64,000 nucleotides of DNA from the NCBI RefSeq assembly GCF_006345805.1, contig NC_043007.1, positions 45,632,001 to 45,696,000 of the forward strand. The letters run 5' to 3'. The notes below the pieces were generated by a model. The model had not been told where the DNA came from and made no database searches. It saw nothing but the letters and a program-made list of their open reading frames with translations. This DNA comes from Octopus sinensis. Lineage: Eukaryota. How positions within the stretch are numbered: the first letter of the stretch is position 1; the number at the start of each line of letters is the position of its first letter. Shown piece by piece: positions 1-12,999 of the stretch. Made by a program: the position numbers and the translations under genes.

Positions 1-9
1 TCGTTTATA

Positions 10-200
10 TTTTATTGTTTCAGTCACTGGACTGCGGCCATGCAGGGGCACCGCTTTGAGGAATTTTAGTCGAATTAATCGACCACAGTACCTATTTTCT
101 TTTTAAGCCTGGTACTTATCCCATCGTTCTCTTTTGCCGAACCGCCAAGTTACGGGGACGTAAACACATCGACGCTGGTTGTTAATAGATGGTGGGATAG
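10..200 (-). mobile_element. SINE family B, 3' half
   Basis: TTGTTTCAGTCA..GACTGCGGCCATGC..GCCGAACCGCCAAGTTACGGGGACGTAAACAC matches the full copy at 53865-54266. Confidence 0.8.
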
Positions 201-403
201 TGTCAGACATAGAAAGACAGACACACACACTCTCACAGAGAAACATCTCATATCATATATGTAAATATATATATATATATATATATGCATATGCGCATAT
301 ATATGTATGTCTTTGTATATGTGTATATAGATCTAGACATACACACATATACATATATACATACATATATATATATTTATGTATTTATATATATATATAT
401 ATA

Positions 404-468
<65 letters not shown>

Positions 469-1129
469 TGTGTGTATATATGTTCGTGCTTATCTGAAAT
501 GTAATAGCGCTGTGAACGGAATTCGTAGGTTGAGGTTATCTAAATTATGTCATCTATGTATTTACCCTCCCCTTCCCTCCCAGTGCCACCATCACCTTCT
601 CTTGAATACATTTCATTGTCTGCCTACCCTTGGGAATATGCAGTAACTTTTATATTTTATATGAAGGGCAACGTTTTCCCGCCTGCCGTTGATATAAGCT
701 TACCTGATCTCTGGTCGTAGACCCGGTAATCATATCCTATAGCTTTTCAGGACTGAATACCCATGGCAGTCTGTAAGGAACTACATTGCTAGGTGGTTTT
801 TATAGAGATTTTATACAATGTGACAGTTAAAATCTCTCAGCCAACAACTTGTACAATCCATTTTCTAGAATACGGCACACAATCCATTTCACCATTTCCA
901 TTCACAAACTTTGAGTTTAAAACAATTCCAAGCTGTGCACCTGCATGGCCGCAGTCAAATGACTGAAACAAGTAAAAGAAGATAAAAGATTTTGGTAGGA
1001 GATATTAAAGTCAAGACACAGCGCAGTGGGATCGAAACAATGATCAGATGATTGCGAGATTAGCTGCTTACCGCAGCAAAGCTTCCTTTTGTAATTAATT
1101 TCAATTTTTTGTAATTTAAGTTCAAATCT

Positions 1130-2252
1130 GGTAGTTTTGATGGGAAGGTATTAGTCGATATCACATACCTCAGTAATTGACTGTTACCTTATTTTATCGG
1201 CCCCGGAAAGACGAAAGGCAAAGATGAAATAAGCTGGAATTGAACCCAGAATGTAAAGAGGCAGAAGAAAATCCTAAAAGTATTTTTTCCAACGCCCTAA
1301 TCAATTCTTCCAATTCACTGCCTTAGAATGAAGATGATTATGATGATAAAGATGTTGACGGGGATGATAGATTCAAAGTTTGGCTCGAGGCCAGCAAGTT
1401 CGGAGGATGGGGTAAGTCGATTATATAGACCCCAGTATTCAACTGGTACTTATTTTTATCGATTTCGAAAGCATGAAAGGCAAAGTCGACCTCGGCGAAA
1501 TTTGAACTCGGGAAGACGGGCGAAATGCCGCTAAGTATTTTGCACGCCATGCTAACGATTCTGCCTTGCTCGCCGACTTGATAATGATAATAATAATCCT
1601 TTCTATTATAGGCACAAGGCCAGAAATTTGAAGGAGGGGGTGTTGTCGATTACATAGACACCAGTTTTCAGCTAGTACTTATTTTATCGACCCCGAAATA
1701 ATGAAAGGCAAAGTCGACCTCGGCGGAACATGAACTCAGAACGTAAGGACGGACAAATACCGATAAGCATTTTGCCCGGCATGCTAACACCTCTGCCAGC
1801 TCTCCACCATGATAACAATAACAATAACAACAACAACAACAACAATGATAATAATAGTCTTTTCTACTCAAGGCATAAGGCCAGAAATTTTGAGGGAAGG
1901 GGCCAATCGATTAGATCGACCCCAGTACGCAACTGGTACTTAATTTATCGGCCCCAGAAGGATGAAAGGCAAAGTCGATCTCGGCGGAATTTAAACTCAG
2001 AATGTAGCGGTAGACGAAATATCTATTTCTTTACTACCCACAAGGGGTTAAACACAGTCGACAAACAAGGACAGACAAACGGATTAAGTCTATTACATCG
2101 ACCCCAGTGCGTAACTGGTACTTAGTTTATCGACCCCGAAAGGATGAAAGGCAAAGTCGACCTCGGCGGAATTTGAACTCAGAACGTAACGGCAAACGAA
2201 ATACGGCTACGCATTTCGCCCGGCGTGCTAACGTTTCTGCCAGCTCGCCGCC
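1130..2252 (-). mobile_element. Cluster of 4-5 SINE family A copies (tRNA-like head)
   Basis: Repeated ATCGACCCCGAAAGGATGAAAGGCAAAGTCGACCTCGGCGGAATTTGAACTCAGAACG...CTGCCAGCTCGCCGCC. The reverse complement carries B-box-like GAGTTCAAATTCC. Confidence 0.85.
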
Positions 2253-3118
2253 TTGATTGAAAATGAATAAATAAATAAATGAATGAATGAATGGATGAAT
2301 AATAATTTGAAATTTTGACTGAAGCCTGGAAACTTTAAGGGCGAGTTAGTTGATAACGTGGACCCCCCCCCCCAAAAAAAAATGCAGAGGAGAACTCGAA
2401 TGGATATTGCACCCAGAAAATGAACCGCCGGAATATATCCCTTAATCTATTTTTTCCGACAATTCTGTCGATCCTGCTTGCTCACCGTTTAACCGATATA
2501 TCACAAGCTTGCAGCGTTAAAGGTAAATTTCGCATGCAGACGTGAGATCGAACTAAGAGTCATGGGATTCCCAATCTAACTTTTTAACAACACGACCAAA
2601 CCTGCGACTATAATTAATGCTGTATCATATGACTTCAATGTTAGGTACAACCCTACCCACGGATATGATCTATAATACAAGTGCTTTACAATGTGTGACT
2701 GCTTCTCTGAACAACAACAAACTTGAGATGACAAAATTCTTGTTCATATCTTTACATCGCCTACTCAACTTTCATTTTCACAATCATATTTTTACTCTCT
2801 TTCTTTCACTAAAATTTTTCACTGATATATCTTTCACACAAGTTTTCTTTCATTCTTCTCAATCTTTTTCTCTTATTTTCTCTTGTGTATTTGTTTTATC
2901 TTTGTTTCTCCATTTTTCTTTTCTGCATCTTTTCTTGCTTCCATTCTTCTTTCTATTTGTTCATTTTTATTTAATTGCTTGTTTGTTTGTTTGTTTCTTT
3001 TATTATTTTTTTCCTTGCGTACTTGCTTTCTCTCACTCTCACTTTTTCATCTTCTTGTCACTCTCTCGTTACTTACCCCCTTCTCTCTGCCTGTCTCTCT
3101 CTCTTTATCTCTCTATTC

Positions 3119-3151
<33 letters not shown>

Positions 3152-3405
3152 CTTCCTTTATTGTACAATTTCTTTCTCTCTCTCTTTCTGCCGCTTTCTT
3201 TTACTTCCTCGTTCGTTCGTTCGTTCCTTCATTCATTTACTCATTCATTAATTCTGTCATCCCTATCTCCCTTTCCTTATAGTTTTATATCTTTATAATT
3301 TTTAATTCTCTTTTCTATCTCTCATTTCTTTCCATTTCATTCATTCTTTCCTTTTTCTTTCTTCCTTCCCTTTCTTCCGCCTAACTTTATCTCTCTCTCT
3401 CCCCC

Positions 3406-3507
<102 letters not shown>

Positions 3508-3684
3508 CTCTCTCTATATATATATATTTATCCATCTATCTATCTGTTTGTCTGTCTATCTGTCCATCTGTCTGTCTTTTATTACGTTGTATTTAAAACA
3601 CGCTTGTCTTTCTGAATTGCTTTTTCTTTGTCTTTTTTTGTCACCAACAGCAACAACAACAGCAACGATATTAATATTTTTAAA

Positions 3685-4437
3685 TTCTGACACAAGACTA
3701 GTAATTTCGATTCGGACGCTTAACTAAAACTTCATTTTATCGACCCAGAAAGGATGAAAGGAAAACTTGACTTGAGAGGAATTTGAACTCAGGGATTTGA
3801 ACTCGGAAGAAAATGCCGCTAATCATTTTGTCCGACGTGTGAACGATTCTGCCAGCTGACTGCCTTAACAGCAACAACAATAATGGTTACAACTGTTTTC
3901 ACAAGGACAGCAAGTACGGGAGAGTGGATGAATCGTTTACGTTGACCCCAGTACTCATATAGTACTTGTTTTATCAACGTCAAAAGGACGACAAGCAAAG
4001 TTGATCCCACCGGAATTCAAACTCAGAACATTAAGACGGTTGAAATGCCACTAAGCATTTTGCTCGGCGCGGTAACGATTCTGCCAGCTCGCCACCTTAG
4101 CAATAACAACAGCAATAAGAACTACAATAATAACTATAATCCTTTCTAATATAGGCACAAGGCCTGAAATTTGGGGGTAGGAGTGAGTCGATTATATCGA
4201 CCAAGTGCGTAACTTGCACAACACCCGAAACTCTACCTAAAAGTCTGAACGAAACTGGAATTGAAACTCGCATTGCAAACCTGCAGAAAAGTACCATCTT
4301 ATATTCAAGAAGATTCCCAAGAAAGATTTTCGGCGTTTGAGGAGACATGTTTCGCTAGTCCTCAATATAAAATACATGCGAAATATTTTAGCTTGTACAA
4401 GTGAAATGATGTGATGATGATGATGATGATGATGATG

Positions 4438-4498
<61 letters not shown>

Positions 4499-4984
4499 GA
4501 AGAAGAAGAAGAAGAAGAAGAATGAAAATAATAATAATAACAATGGTTTCAAATTTTGCCACAAGTGCAGCCATTTTTGGGTAGAGGTTAAGTCGATTAC
4601 ATCGACACCAGTCTTCAACTGGTACTTATTTTATCGATCCCGAAAGGATGAAAGGTAAAGTCAACGTTGGAATTTGAACGCAGAGTGTGAATACAGCAGT
4701 AATGCCGCTAAGCATTTTCCCCCGGCGCGATAATGATCCTGCCAGTTCGGCACCTCGCTAAGAACAAATTTAATCCTTCGTATTATAAACAGAAGACTTG
4801 AAATTTGGAGAAGGGGACAGTCGATTACATCGAATCCAGTACTCAACTGGCACTTAATTTGTCGAGCCCAAAAGGATGAAAGGCAAAGTTGACCTCGGTG
4901 GATTTTGAACTCAGAGCAGAGCGACAGGAGAAATAACGCTAAGCATTTCCTCCAACGCGCTAATTATTCTGCCAGCATGCCGCC

Positions 4985-4986
<2 letters not shown>
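3685..4986 (-). mobile_element. Further degenerate SINE family A copies separated by (TAA)/(GAA)/(GAT) tracts
   Basis: Same GGATGAAAGGCAAAGT/TTTGAACTCAG/CTGCCAGC motifs near 3750, 4010, 4640 and 4870. Confidence 0.75.
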
Positions 4987-5079
<93 letters not shown>

Positions 5080-5089
5080 AATAATAATA

Positions 5090-5135
<46 letters not shown>

Positions 5136-5179
5136 GTAATAACAACAACAACGACAACAACAACAACAACAACAACAAC

Positions 5180-5233
<54 letters not shown>

Positions 5234-5236
<3 letters not shown>

Positions 5237-5683
5237 GATCGGCTAACAGCAAATATTCTGCTCAATACCAAAGATTTGCTTGTCAGTTGATTGGCCTTAA
5301 CCAGTTCAGCATGTCCCTTAGTGGCTGACGATATGTGCATATCATAATCACGAGCATCATAGCCATGTGTTGAAAGGAATTCCTTGGGGTTTGAATAATT
5401 CACCTCTGGAAACATGGGTGTTTCGTTCAACATCCTTGAGCAAACCTTATTCGGGGACCTTTTGAGCGGGATGGGCTACTGGACCAGAAGAAAATTCTTA
5501 CTGGGCCCCACGTGCAAGATCATGCGCTGTTTATCTTGATATGAGATCACCATGTTGCGCACACATATGGTTGTGATGTATGTGCCTGGTGTACCCTTAT
5601 CAGACGGGTAGTCATCTGGGTATTCTAGGCTTCGTGTATTTTACTCCAGCGTCACTTTGATGGCATGCACTGCTCTCTCACTT
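5234..5683 (+). mobile_element. ~560-bp (TAA)n-flanked non-coding repeat, 5'-truncated copy
   Basis: Reverse complement of 8411-8951. Ends GTCACTTTGATGGCATGCACTGCTCTCTCACT followed by (TAA)n. Confidence 0.85.
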
Positions 5684-5689
5684 AATAAT

Positions 5690-5768
<79 letters not shown>

Positions 5769-6113
5769 GATTATATTTTAGGCCGAGGCCAACAATTTAA
5801 GGGGAAGAATTTTTCCGATACCATCATTCCCAGATTTTGATAGGTACTTTATTTAACGGACCCTGTATAGATGTAAGGCATATTTTAGCTTCAACCAGAT
5901 TTGAACTCAGAATGTAAAGTGCCAAGACGGCAAAGAATTTGAAGAACTTCGCCTTGGTTGTTTTCTAATTCGTTGCTTCTCCACCCACGTCTGTCTTCTA
6001 AACACTCAACACTGTTACTAACGCCACAGAAAAACCAATGAAACATTTCCTACTTCAGAATTTCTTTAACTGTGAGGTATAAAACTTTTCACCTCAAAGT
6101 TTTACTACTACTG

Positions 6114-6162
<49 letters not shown>

Positions 6163-7639
6163 CACCACCACCACTACTACTGCCGCTACCATGATGACGA
6201 TGATGACGATGATAATGATGATGGCGATCATCATCTACTACCACAGCAACAATAACACTGAAAGCAGCTAAGATACGTGGGAGATAGGACACTGCAACAT
6301 TCTTCTTCCTTTTCATTAATCTTTTCTTTCTTTCTCCTTCTACCTCTCCTCCTCCTCACTCTTCTCCTCCATCCTCCCTCTCTCTCTCATCCTTTGTCTT
6401 GTCTTTTCTCTTTTACTCTTTTCTTCCACCTACGTCCTACTGTCATGGCGGACAACTTCAGTTTGCGTAGGTTTTACACAATCATTGCAATAACAATGGC
6501 GCAACTGTTGGATTTGACGAGATTGCCGCTTCTGCTGTTGTTGTTGTTGCTGTTGCTGCAGTTGCTGCTGCTTCTGCTGCCGCTATTTCGGTGTTTGTTA
6601 TTGGTGATCTTAATTCAGCCTGTATTGCAGTTGTTTCTGCAAAAACTATTGCACCTGTAGTTGCCGAAGTAACTCTTGCTGCTGGTGCAACTACTGCTGC
6701 TACTGCTGCTGGTGCTGTTGTTGAAATGGCTGTTGCCTGAGATACACAAAATGGTAGGACTGTATGGACAGGAAGTTTATAGGTTCCATCTCACTGTAAA
6801 GCTCTTTGGGTTAACAGATTTCTACCATATACTTGGATAGACAGAAACTGAGGAAGCATGTCCCTCTGTGGTAGCGTTCATATTCTTACATGGTGGCCTT
6901 ACTTTTTCTCCTGGTTTAAAAATGCCAGATGACCTTTGTGTAGCAGAAGTTATGACCGCAGCCTGGCTCTTGAGTGCTTTTACTGGAATCCATTGTTTTA
7001 TAATCATCCGGTGTCGGTCTCTGGTCTTAGGTTAAGTTTTATCCTTCTCACCAGCCACAAAAACAATGAAAAATATCATTGGTGCTTACTTCTTTCACTG
7101 AAGTCATAAAGAAATACGTAGGTGAATAATGTTGCCGTTCTTGTTTCACTCATATTCGTCTATGTTGAGTAGCTCTAGACAATAGTCAAAGACAATTCAT
7201 CCGTGACCATCCCATCTTTTTACTTTTTCTTTTGCAGGCAACGTGTTGCCTGGATAACATTAGGTAATTTTCCCTCTTATTTTTAAAACCAGTATGATAT
7301 AACATGCTAGTTTTAACAGGTCGTGCGGCCACATGGTGACTTACTCTACAGATGCCGAGGTTCTTGATATAATTGTTAACTGAAATAAAAATATACCAGT
7401 TGTTGCTATTGGAGATGCAAGTATTTTTGGTACTCGCGTGATTGACTATTCATATCATCTCACCTCTTCTCATTTCTTTCTTTTGTCTTAGTTTTTCTCT
7501 CTTCTCCATCTTCAACCTGTCGCACTTTTCTCTCTTCTTTCAATCTGCTTGTCTCGTCTCTTTTTTTCAGGGGTAATGTCGATAAATCAAATTACTAGTC
7601 AAGTATCTGGGCCGATTTAATAGACAAATTTGTGGTCTT

Positions 7640-7975
7640 GTGCATTAAAGTGACGACCTGAACGAATTGATAGTATGTCGGACAAAGTGTTTCACGTCGT
7701 TTCTTCCGCCTTTTTACGTTCCAAGTTCAAATCGTCTCGAGGGCGACTTCGTCTTTCATCCTCTTGGGGTAGATTAAATAATGTACCTCTCAAGTACTGG
7801 TGTTAATGTAATCGAGTTACTGTTGCTACGTTCTGAGTTCAAATTCTGCCGAGGTAGACTTTGCCTTTCATCCTTTCGAGGACGATTAAATAAGTACTAG
7901 TTACGTACTGGGGTCAATGCAAACGATCTAATACCTTCCCACAAGCTGCCTTTGTGACAAAATTTGAAACCAAAA
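7640..7975 (+). mobile_element. Two partial SINE family A copies
   Basis: GTTCTGAGTTCAAATTCTGCCGAGGTAGACTTTGCCTTTCATCC at ~7830 plus a degenerate copy at ~7720. Confidence 0.7.
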
Positions 7976-7979
7976 TTTG

Positions 7980-8331
7980 AATTTTCATCAGGTCGAGTAG
8001 CCTTTGTCACTCAAAATATCCCTGAATAAGGTTTGCTCAAAGATATTGAACGAAACACCCATGTTTTCAGAGGTGAATTATCCAAACCGTAAAGAATTCC
8101 ATTCTGATGCTCCCCCACTACTTTTAACGATCAGAGATGCGCACATCATCAGCCACTAAGGGACATGCTCAACTGGTTAAGGTCAAGCAACTGATAAACA
8201 AACCTTTGGTATTGAGCAGAATATTTGATGTGGCCCATCTTTTTTACCAAGACAAAACAATGTACTTGATGACATTTCCAATCAGTTAAGATCAGAAGCC
8301 ACGAGACCACTGACTGGCACCGTGTCAGGGC

Positions 8332-8332
<1 letters not shown>
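7980..8332 (-). mobile_element. ~560-bp repeat, copy retaining the inferred 5' end
   Basis: Colinear with 8596-8951 and extends to TCAGGGCA before (TTA)n. Confidence 0.8.
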
Positions 8333-8410
<78 letters not shown>

Positions 8411-8951
8411 GAGTGAGAGAGCAGTTCATGCCATCAAAGTGACACTGGGGTAAAATATACGAAGCCCAATATACCCATCATGACTACCCGTCTGATAAGA
8501 GTACACCAGGCACATGCATCACAACCATATGTGCGCCACATGGTGATCGCATATCAAGATAAACAGCACATGACCTTGCAAGTGGGGCCCAGTTAAAATT
8601 TTCTTCAGGTTGAGTAGCCCATCCCGCTCAAAAAGTCCGTGAATAAGGGTTGCTTAAGGATGTTGAAAGAACCACCCATGTTTCCAGAGGTGAATTATTC
8701 AAACCCCAAAGAATCCCTCTCAACACATGGCTATGATGCTCCCCCACTACCTCTGCTCGTGATCAGAGATGCACATATCGTCAGCCACTAAGGGACATGC
8801 TCAACTGGTTAAGGTCAAATAACTGACAAGCAAATCTGTGGTATTGAGCAGAATATTTGCTGTAGCCCATCTTTTATACCAAGACAAAACAACGTACATG
8901 ATAACACTTCCAATTAGTTAAGATCAGAAGCCAAGAGAGCCACTGCCTGGT
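8411..8951 (-). mobile_element. ~560-bp (TAA)n-flanked non-coding repeat, near full length
   Basis: Highly similar to 16285-16824. (TTA)n on both sides and no conserved ORF. Confidence 0.9.
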
Positions 8952-8968
8952 TTATTATTATTATTATT

Positions 8969-9000
<32 letters not shown>

Positions 9001-9081
9001 CGTCGTCGTCGTCGTCGTCGTCATCGTCCTCGTTGTCGTAGTTGTTGTTATTGTTGTTGTTGCTGTTGTTATTGTCGGTAT

Positions 9082-9290
9082 GGCGGCGAGCTAGCAGAGT
9101 CGTTAGCACGCCGGGCGAAATGCTTAGCGGTATTTTGTCCGCCGCTACGTTATGAGTTCCAATTCCACCGAGGGCGACTTTGCTTTTTATTGTTTCGGGA
9201 TCGATTGAATAAGTACCAGTTACGCACTGGGGTCGATGTAATCTACTTAATCAATTCACCCAAATTTGAGGCCTTGTGCTTCCAGTTGAA
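9082..9290 (+). mobile_element. SINE family A
   Basis: GGCGGCGAGCTAGCAGAGTCGTTAGCACGCCGGGCGAAATGCTTAGCGG head. Confidence 0.85.
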
Positions 9291-9435
9291 AGAATGGTTA
9301 TTATTATTAGTGTCATTAAAGCAGCAACCTGGCTGTATTTCTCCCGCCGAAATCGACTTTGTCTTTCATCTTTTCGGGGTCGAGGAAACTAAGTACCCCG
9401 AAAATTTCAGACCTTGTGCCTTTTACAGAGGGAAC

Positions 9436-9487
<52 letters not shown>

Positions 9488-9488
<1 letters not shown>

Positions 9489-12226
9489 TATATTTGACTT
9501 TTGCTTTATGTCTGTACAAGTTGGCTCCAAGTCTCACCCAGAGACCTCAAGTGACAACAGGTTGGAAGTTCACGTTGTTGTTATGCCTAGTGTGCCATAT
9601 ATTTGGGTTTTTTTTTGGTGTTGTACTAGTGAATGTCTAATACATGAATTTAAAAAAAAAAAGAATTTTGATTTAAACCTTGGGATTACATAGAGAGTAT
9701 TTTGCGTAGGATATGAGCAGTTCCCATGAGCACTATCTTTTGACTTTCTGCCATTTTGGGGTTTCCTGGTGTCTGAGTTAGGTAGCAATCAGCCCCTTTC
9801 GCTATCATTCCCATGGCACCTATGACAACAGGTATTGTTTTAGTCTTCAGATTCTACATTTTGCTGATTTCTATTTCAAGATCTTTATATTTGCTCAGTT
9901 TTTGGTAGGTTTTGACAGATACGTTTATATCAATTGGGACAGTCATATCAATGAGGAGGCATGTTCTTTGTCTGAAGTCTTTCAATAAGATGTCTGGCCT
10001 ATTTGTATATAGGTCCCAACTTTTTGTGTCTGCGAATATATTCCTTCTTAGCCAGGACTGGGCTATATATCTTTCTGTCAGTTTGAATGGTGAAGTTCCA
10101 GAGGAGTGAGATGTGGTCATTTTCAAGCACTGGCGGTGGATTGTGTTCCCACCAGTTTTTTTTCTGGGGCAAATCCAGGTTTTTGCAAATTACCCAGTGA
10201 ATATATTGTGCAGCTCTATCATGCTTGTTGAGGTACTCTGTAGGCGCTAGAAGACTGCATTTGGAGACAACTTGATCAATGGTTTCATTTTGTTGTTGAC
10301 ATACACGACATGTTGGGCTACTGCCGTTCTTTAATATGTTGGCTTGGTAGTTTCTTGTTGGTCGGCATTGATCTTGAGCTGCTATGATAAACCCTTCTGT
10401 TTCAAATTTTAAGCCAGAGGCCATTAGCCATTGATGGGTCAGGGCTTTGTCAATATCTGCATTATTTGCTCTCTTAGGGTATTTGCCATAGAGAGGTTTT
10501 TCTTGCCATTTATTTTTCAGAATATCTAAGGCCGCAGTTTTTGCACGGGTTTTCATGCGCCTAGCTTTTTCTGTGCTTGTTTCTTGTATGTCTATCTCTA
10601 ATTCCGAAATGTGTTGTATTCGGAAGTCACTTAGATGTTCCTTTGCCTGTTTTGTTACTGAGTATGATGCTTTCTTGTTATCATGTTTTGAGACAAGTTT
10701 TAACATCCAGTCCTCAGACTTTTTCAGGTAGGTGTCTAGGCCAATTGTAGCAATCTTCATTGTTATTGCCAGTTGCAAAAGACCACGGCCTCCCTATTTT
10801 CTTGGCAGATAAAGTCGTTCTGTATCTGCATTAGGGTGGTGCATTCTATGCATTGTCAACAGTTTTCTTATTTTTCTGTGGAGCTGACATATTTCAGTAA
10901 TTGACCAGTTAACGATATTGAAACTGTAAGTCACGACTGGTATGGCTAGTGCATTGATCGGTTCGATCCTGTTTCTTGCATTCAGCTCTGTCTTGAGTAT
11001 TGCTCTCACTCTTCGATAACATTCTCTCCTGATCCTTTCCTTCATCTCTGAATGCCTTATTCCGTTCCCTTCAATTACCCCTAGGTACTTGTAGCTCTCC
11101 GCTGGGTCTAGTTCTTTTATGACATTCTGTTGGTCAAGGTTAACGTTAGATGTTTCTGTCATTTTTTCTTTGATAAAGGTAGCTTTTGCACACTTATCGA
11201 GGCCGAATTGCATTCTGATGTCGTCACTGAATTGTTTGACTATCGCTAGTAAGCTTTAAATCATCCATGTAAATGAGATGATTTATATTTTTATTAAACA
11301 TTTTATACCCGTACTGCGCGTCATTGAGCAGTTTTGAGAGAGGTATTAAGGCTAAACAAAAGAGGAGAGTGGTGACAGTGAGTCACCCTGGAAAATGCCA
11401 CACGAAATTTTTACATCACCAGCATTTAGGGATTCGTTGTCACTGTTCAGAGTTAGTGTGGTTCTCCATGATCTCATACTTACAGTCAAAAAGTTTTGCA
11501 GAGTAGGTGCTACCTTATACATTCCCAGGCATTTCCTAATCCAGCTATGTGGTAGGCTATCAAAAGCCTTTTTATAGTCTATCCAGGCTATTGATAAGTT
11601 TTTGTGTCGTTTGTGACAATCTTCTAAGATCATCTTATTGAGGAGTAGTTGATCTTTACAGCCGTAGGATCCACGTTTACATCCTTTCTGTTCATTAGGG
11701 AATATGCTGCTGTGTGTTAAAAAACTATAGGTATATTCCGTCAGGACATATGTTAGCGTTTTATACATAGTTGTTAAGCAGGTTATGGGTCTATAGTTTT
11801 TTGGTTCATTTGTTTCTTCACTTTTTGGAAGCAGGAATGTTAACCCATTAACTAGCCAAGGAGTTCTGTACAGTTCGGTTAGCAGTTCATGGCTCTCTGG
11901 GAAGGCATTCAGCCAGAAGTTAGGAATTTTATCCTTTCTTGGAAACTTCCATTTGCTTGACATCCTGAGAGCAGATCTTATATCTTCTACCTTGACACCC
12001 TCCCACCTTTGCTCTTCTAAGGGGTCCAGTTCTGTAGATATTCTATCAATCTTTTCGTTGTGTGTTTTTTCTTCTGCCCAAATTTTATTCCAAAATCCCC
12101 GCACTTCTTCTTTTGATGGTACAGACCTTGCAGTAAACGCTGTTTTTCCTATCTTCCTGTAAAAATTCTTGGGGTTATTTTTGAACATGTTGTTATCCTT
12201 GAAAAATCTAACACGCTTTTCATACC
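9488..12226 (-). mobile_element. 5'-truncated, frameshifted R4/Dong-like non-LTR retrotransposon (RT + CCHC + restriction-like endonuclease)
   Basis: Successive minus ORFs give NYRPITCL, EQKGC, WIDYKKAFDS, GIFQGDSLSPL, MQFGLDKC, YKYLG, CRVC..ETID...C, RPDI..IDMTVP..KYKDL. ~300-bp 3' UTR followed by (TAA)n; (TTA)n at both junctions. Confidence 0.92.
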
Positions 12227-12285
<59 letters not shown>

Positions 12286-12288
12286 GTT

Positions 12289-12396
12289 GAGTGAGAGGGC
12301 AGTGCATGCCATCAAAGTGACACTGGGGTAAAATATACGAAGCCCAATATACCCATCATGACTACCCGTCTGATAAGGGTACACCAGGCACATGCA

Positions 12397-12397
<1 letters not shown>
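12289..12397 (-). mobile_element. ~560-bp repeat, heavily 5'-truncated copy
   Basis: Matches 8411-8519, with (TTA)n on both sides. Confidence 0.85.
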
Positions 12398-12454
<57 letters not shown>

Positions 12455-12455
<1 letters not shown>

Positions 12456-12857
12456 TATGTTTGAGTTTTGCATATATTTGTACAAGTTGGCTCCAAGTCT
12501 CACCCAGAGACCTCAAGAGACAACAGGTTGGAAGTTCATGTTGTTGTTATGCCTAGTGTGCCATATATTTGGGGGGGGGGCGAGTTTTTGGTGTTGTACT
12601 AATGAATGTCTAAAAAAAAAAAATTTTTTTTTTTTAAAAACCGAAAATTATGTTTGTTTTAAACCTTGAGATTACATAGAAAGTATTTTGCGTAGGATAT
12701 GAGCAGTTCCCATGAGCACTATCTTTTGAAATTATGCCATTTTTGGGTTTCCTGGTATCTGAGTTAGGTAGCTATCAGCCCCTTTTGCTATCATTCCCAG
12801 GGCACCTATGACAACAGGTATTGTTTTAGTCTTCAGGTTCCACATTCTGCTGATTTC

Positions 12858-12862
<5 letters not shown>
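12455..12862 (-). mobile_element. Short 3'-end copy of the same R4/Dong family as 9488-12226
   Basis: Colinear with 9488-9877 (GTACAAGTTGGCTCCAAGTCTCACCCAGAGACCTCAAG etc.); (TTA)n flanks. Confidence 0.9.
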
Positions 12863-12946
<84 letters not shown>

Positions 12947-12999
12947 GTTGTTGTTGTTGTTGTTGATATTATTATCATTATTTATTATTATTATCATCA

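Noticed and set aside
2617-3298. Hydrophobic 221-aa ORF resembling a membrane protein
   Set aside because: CT-rich low-complexity tract open in all three frames.
9488-12226. Active retrotransposon or programmed frameshifting
   Set aside because: 5'-truncated with several deletions and an insertion in the endonuclease; ordinary decay.
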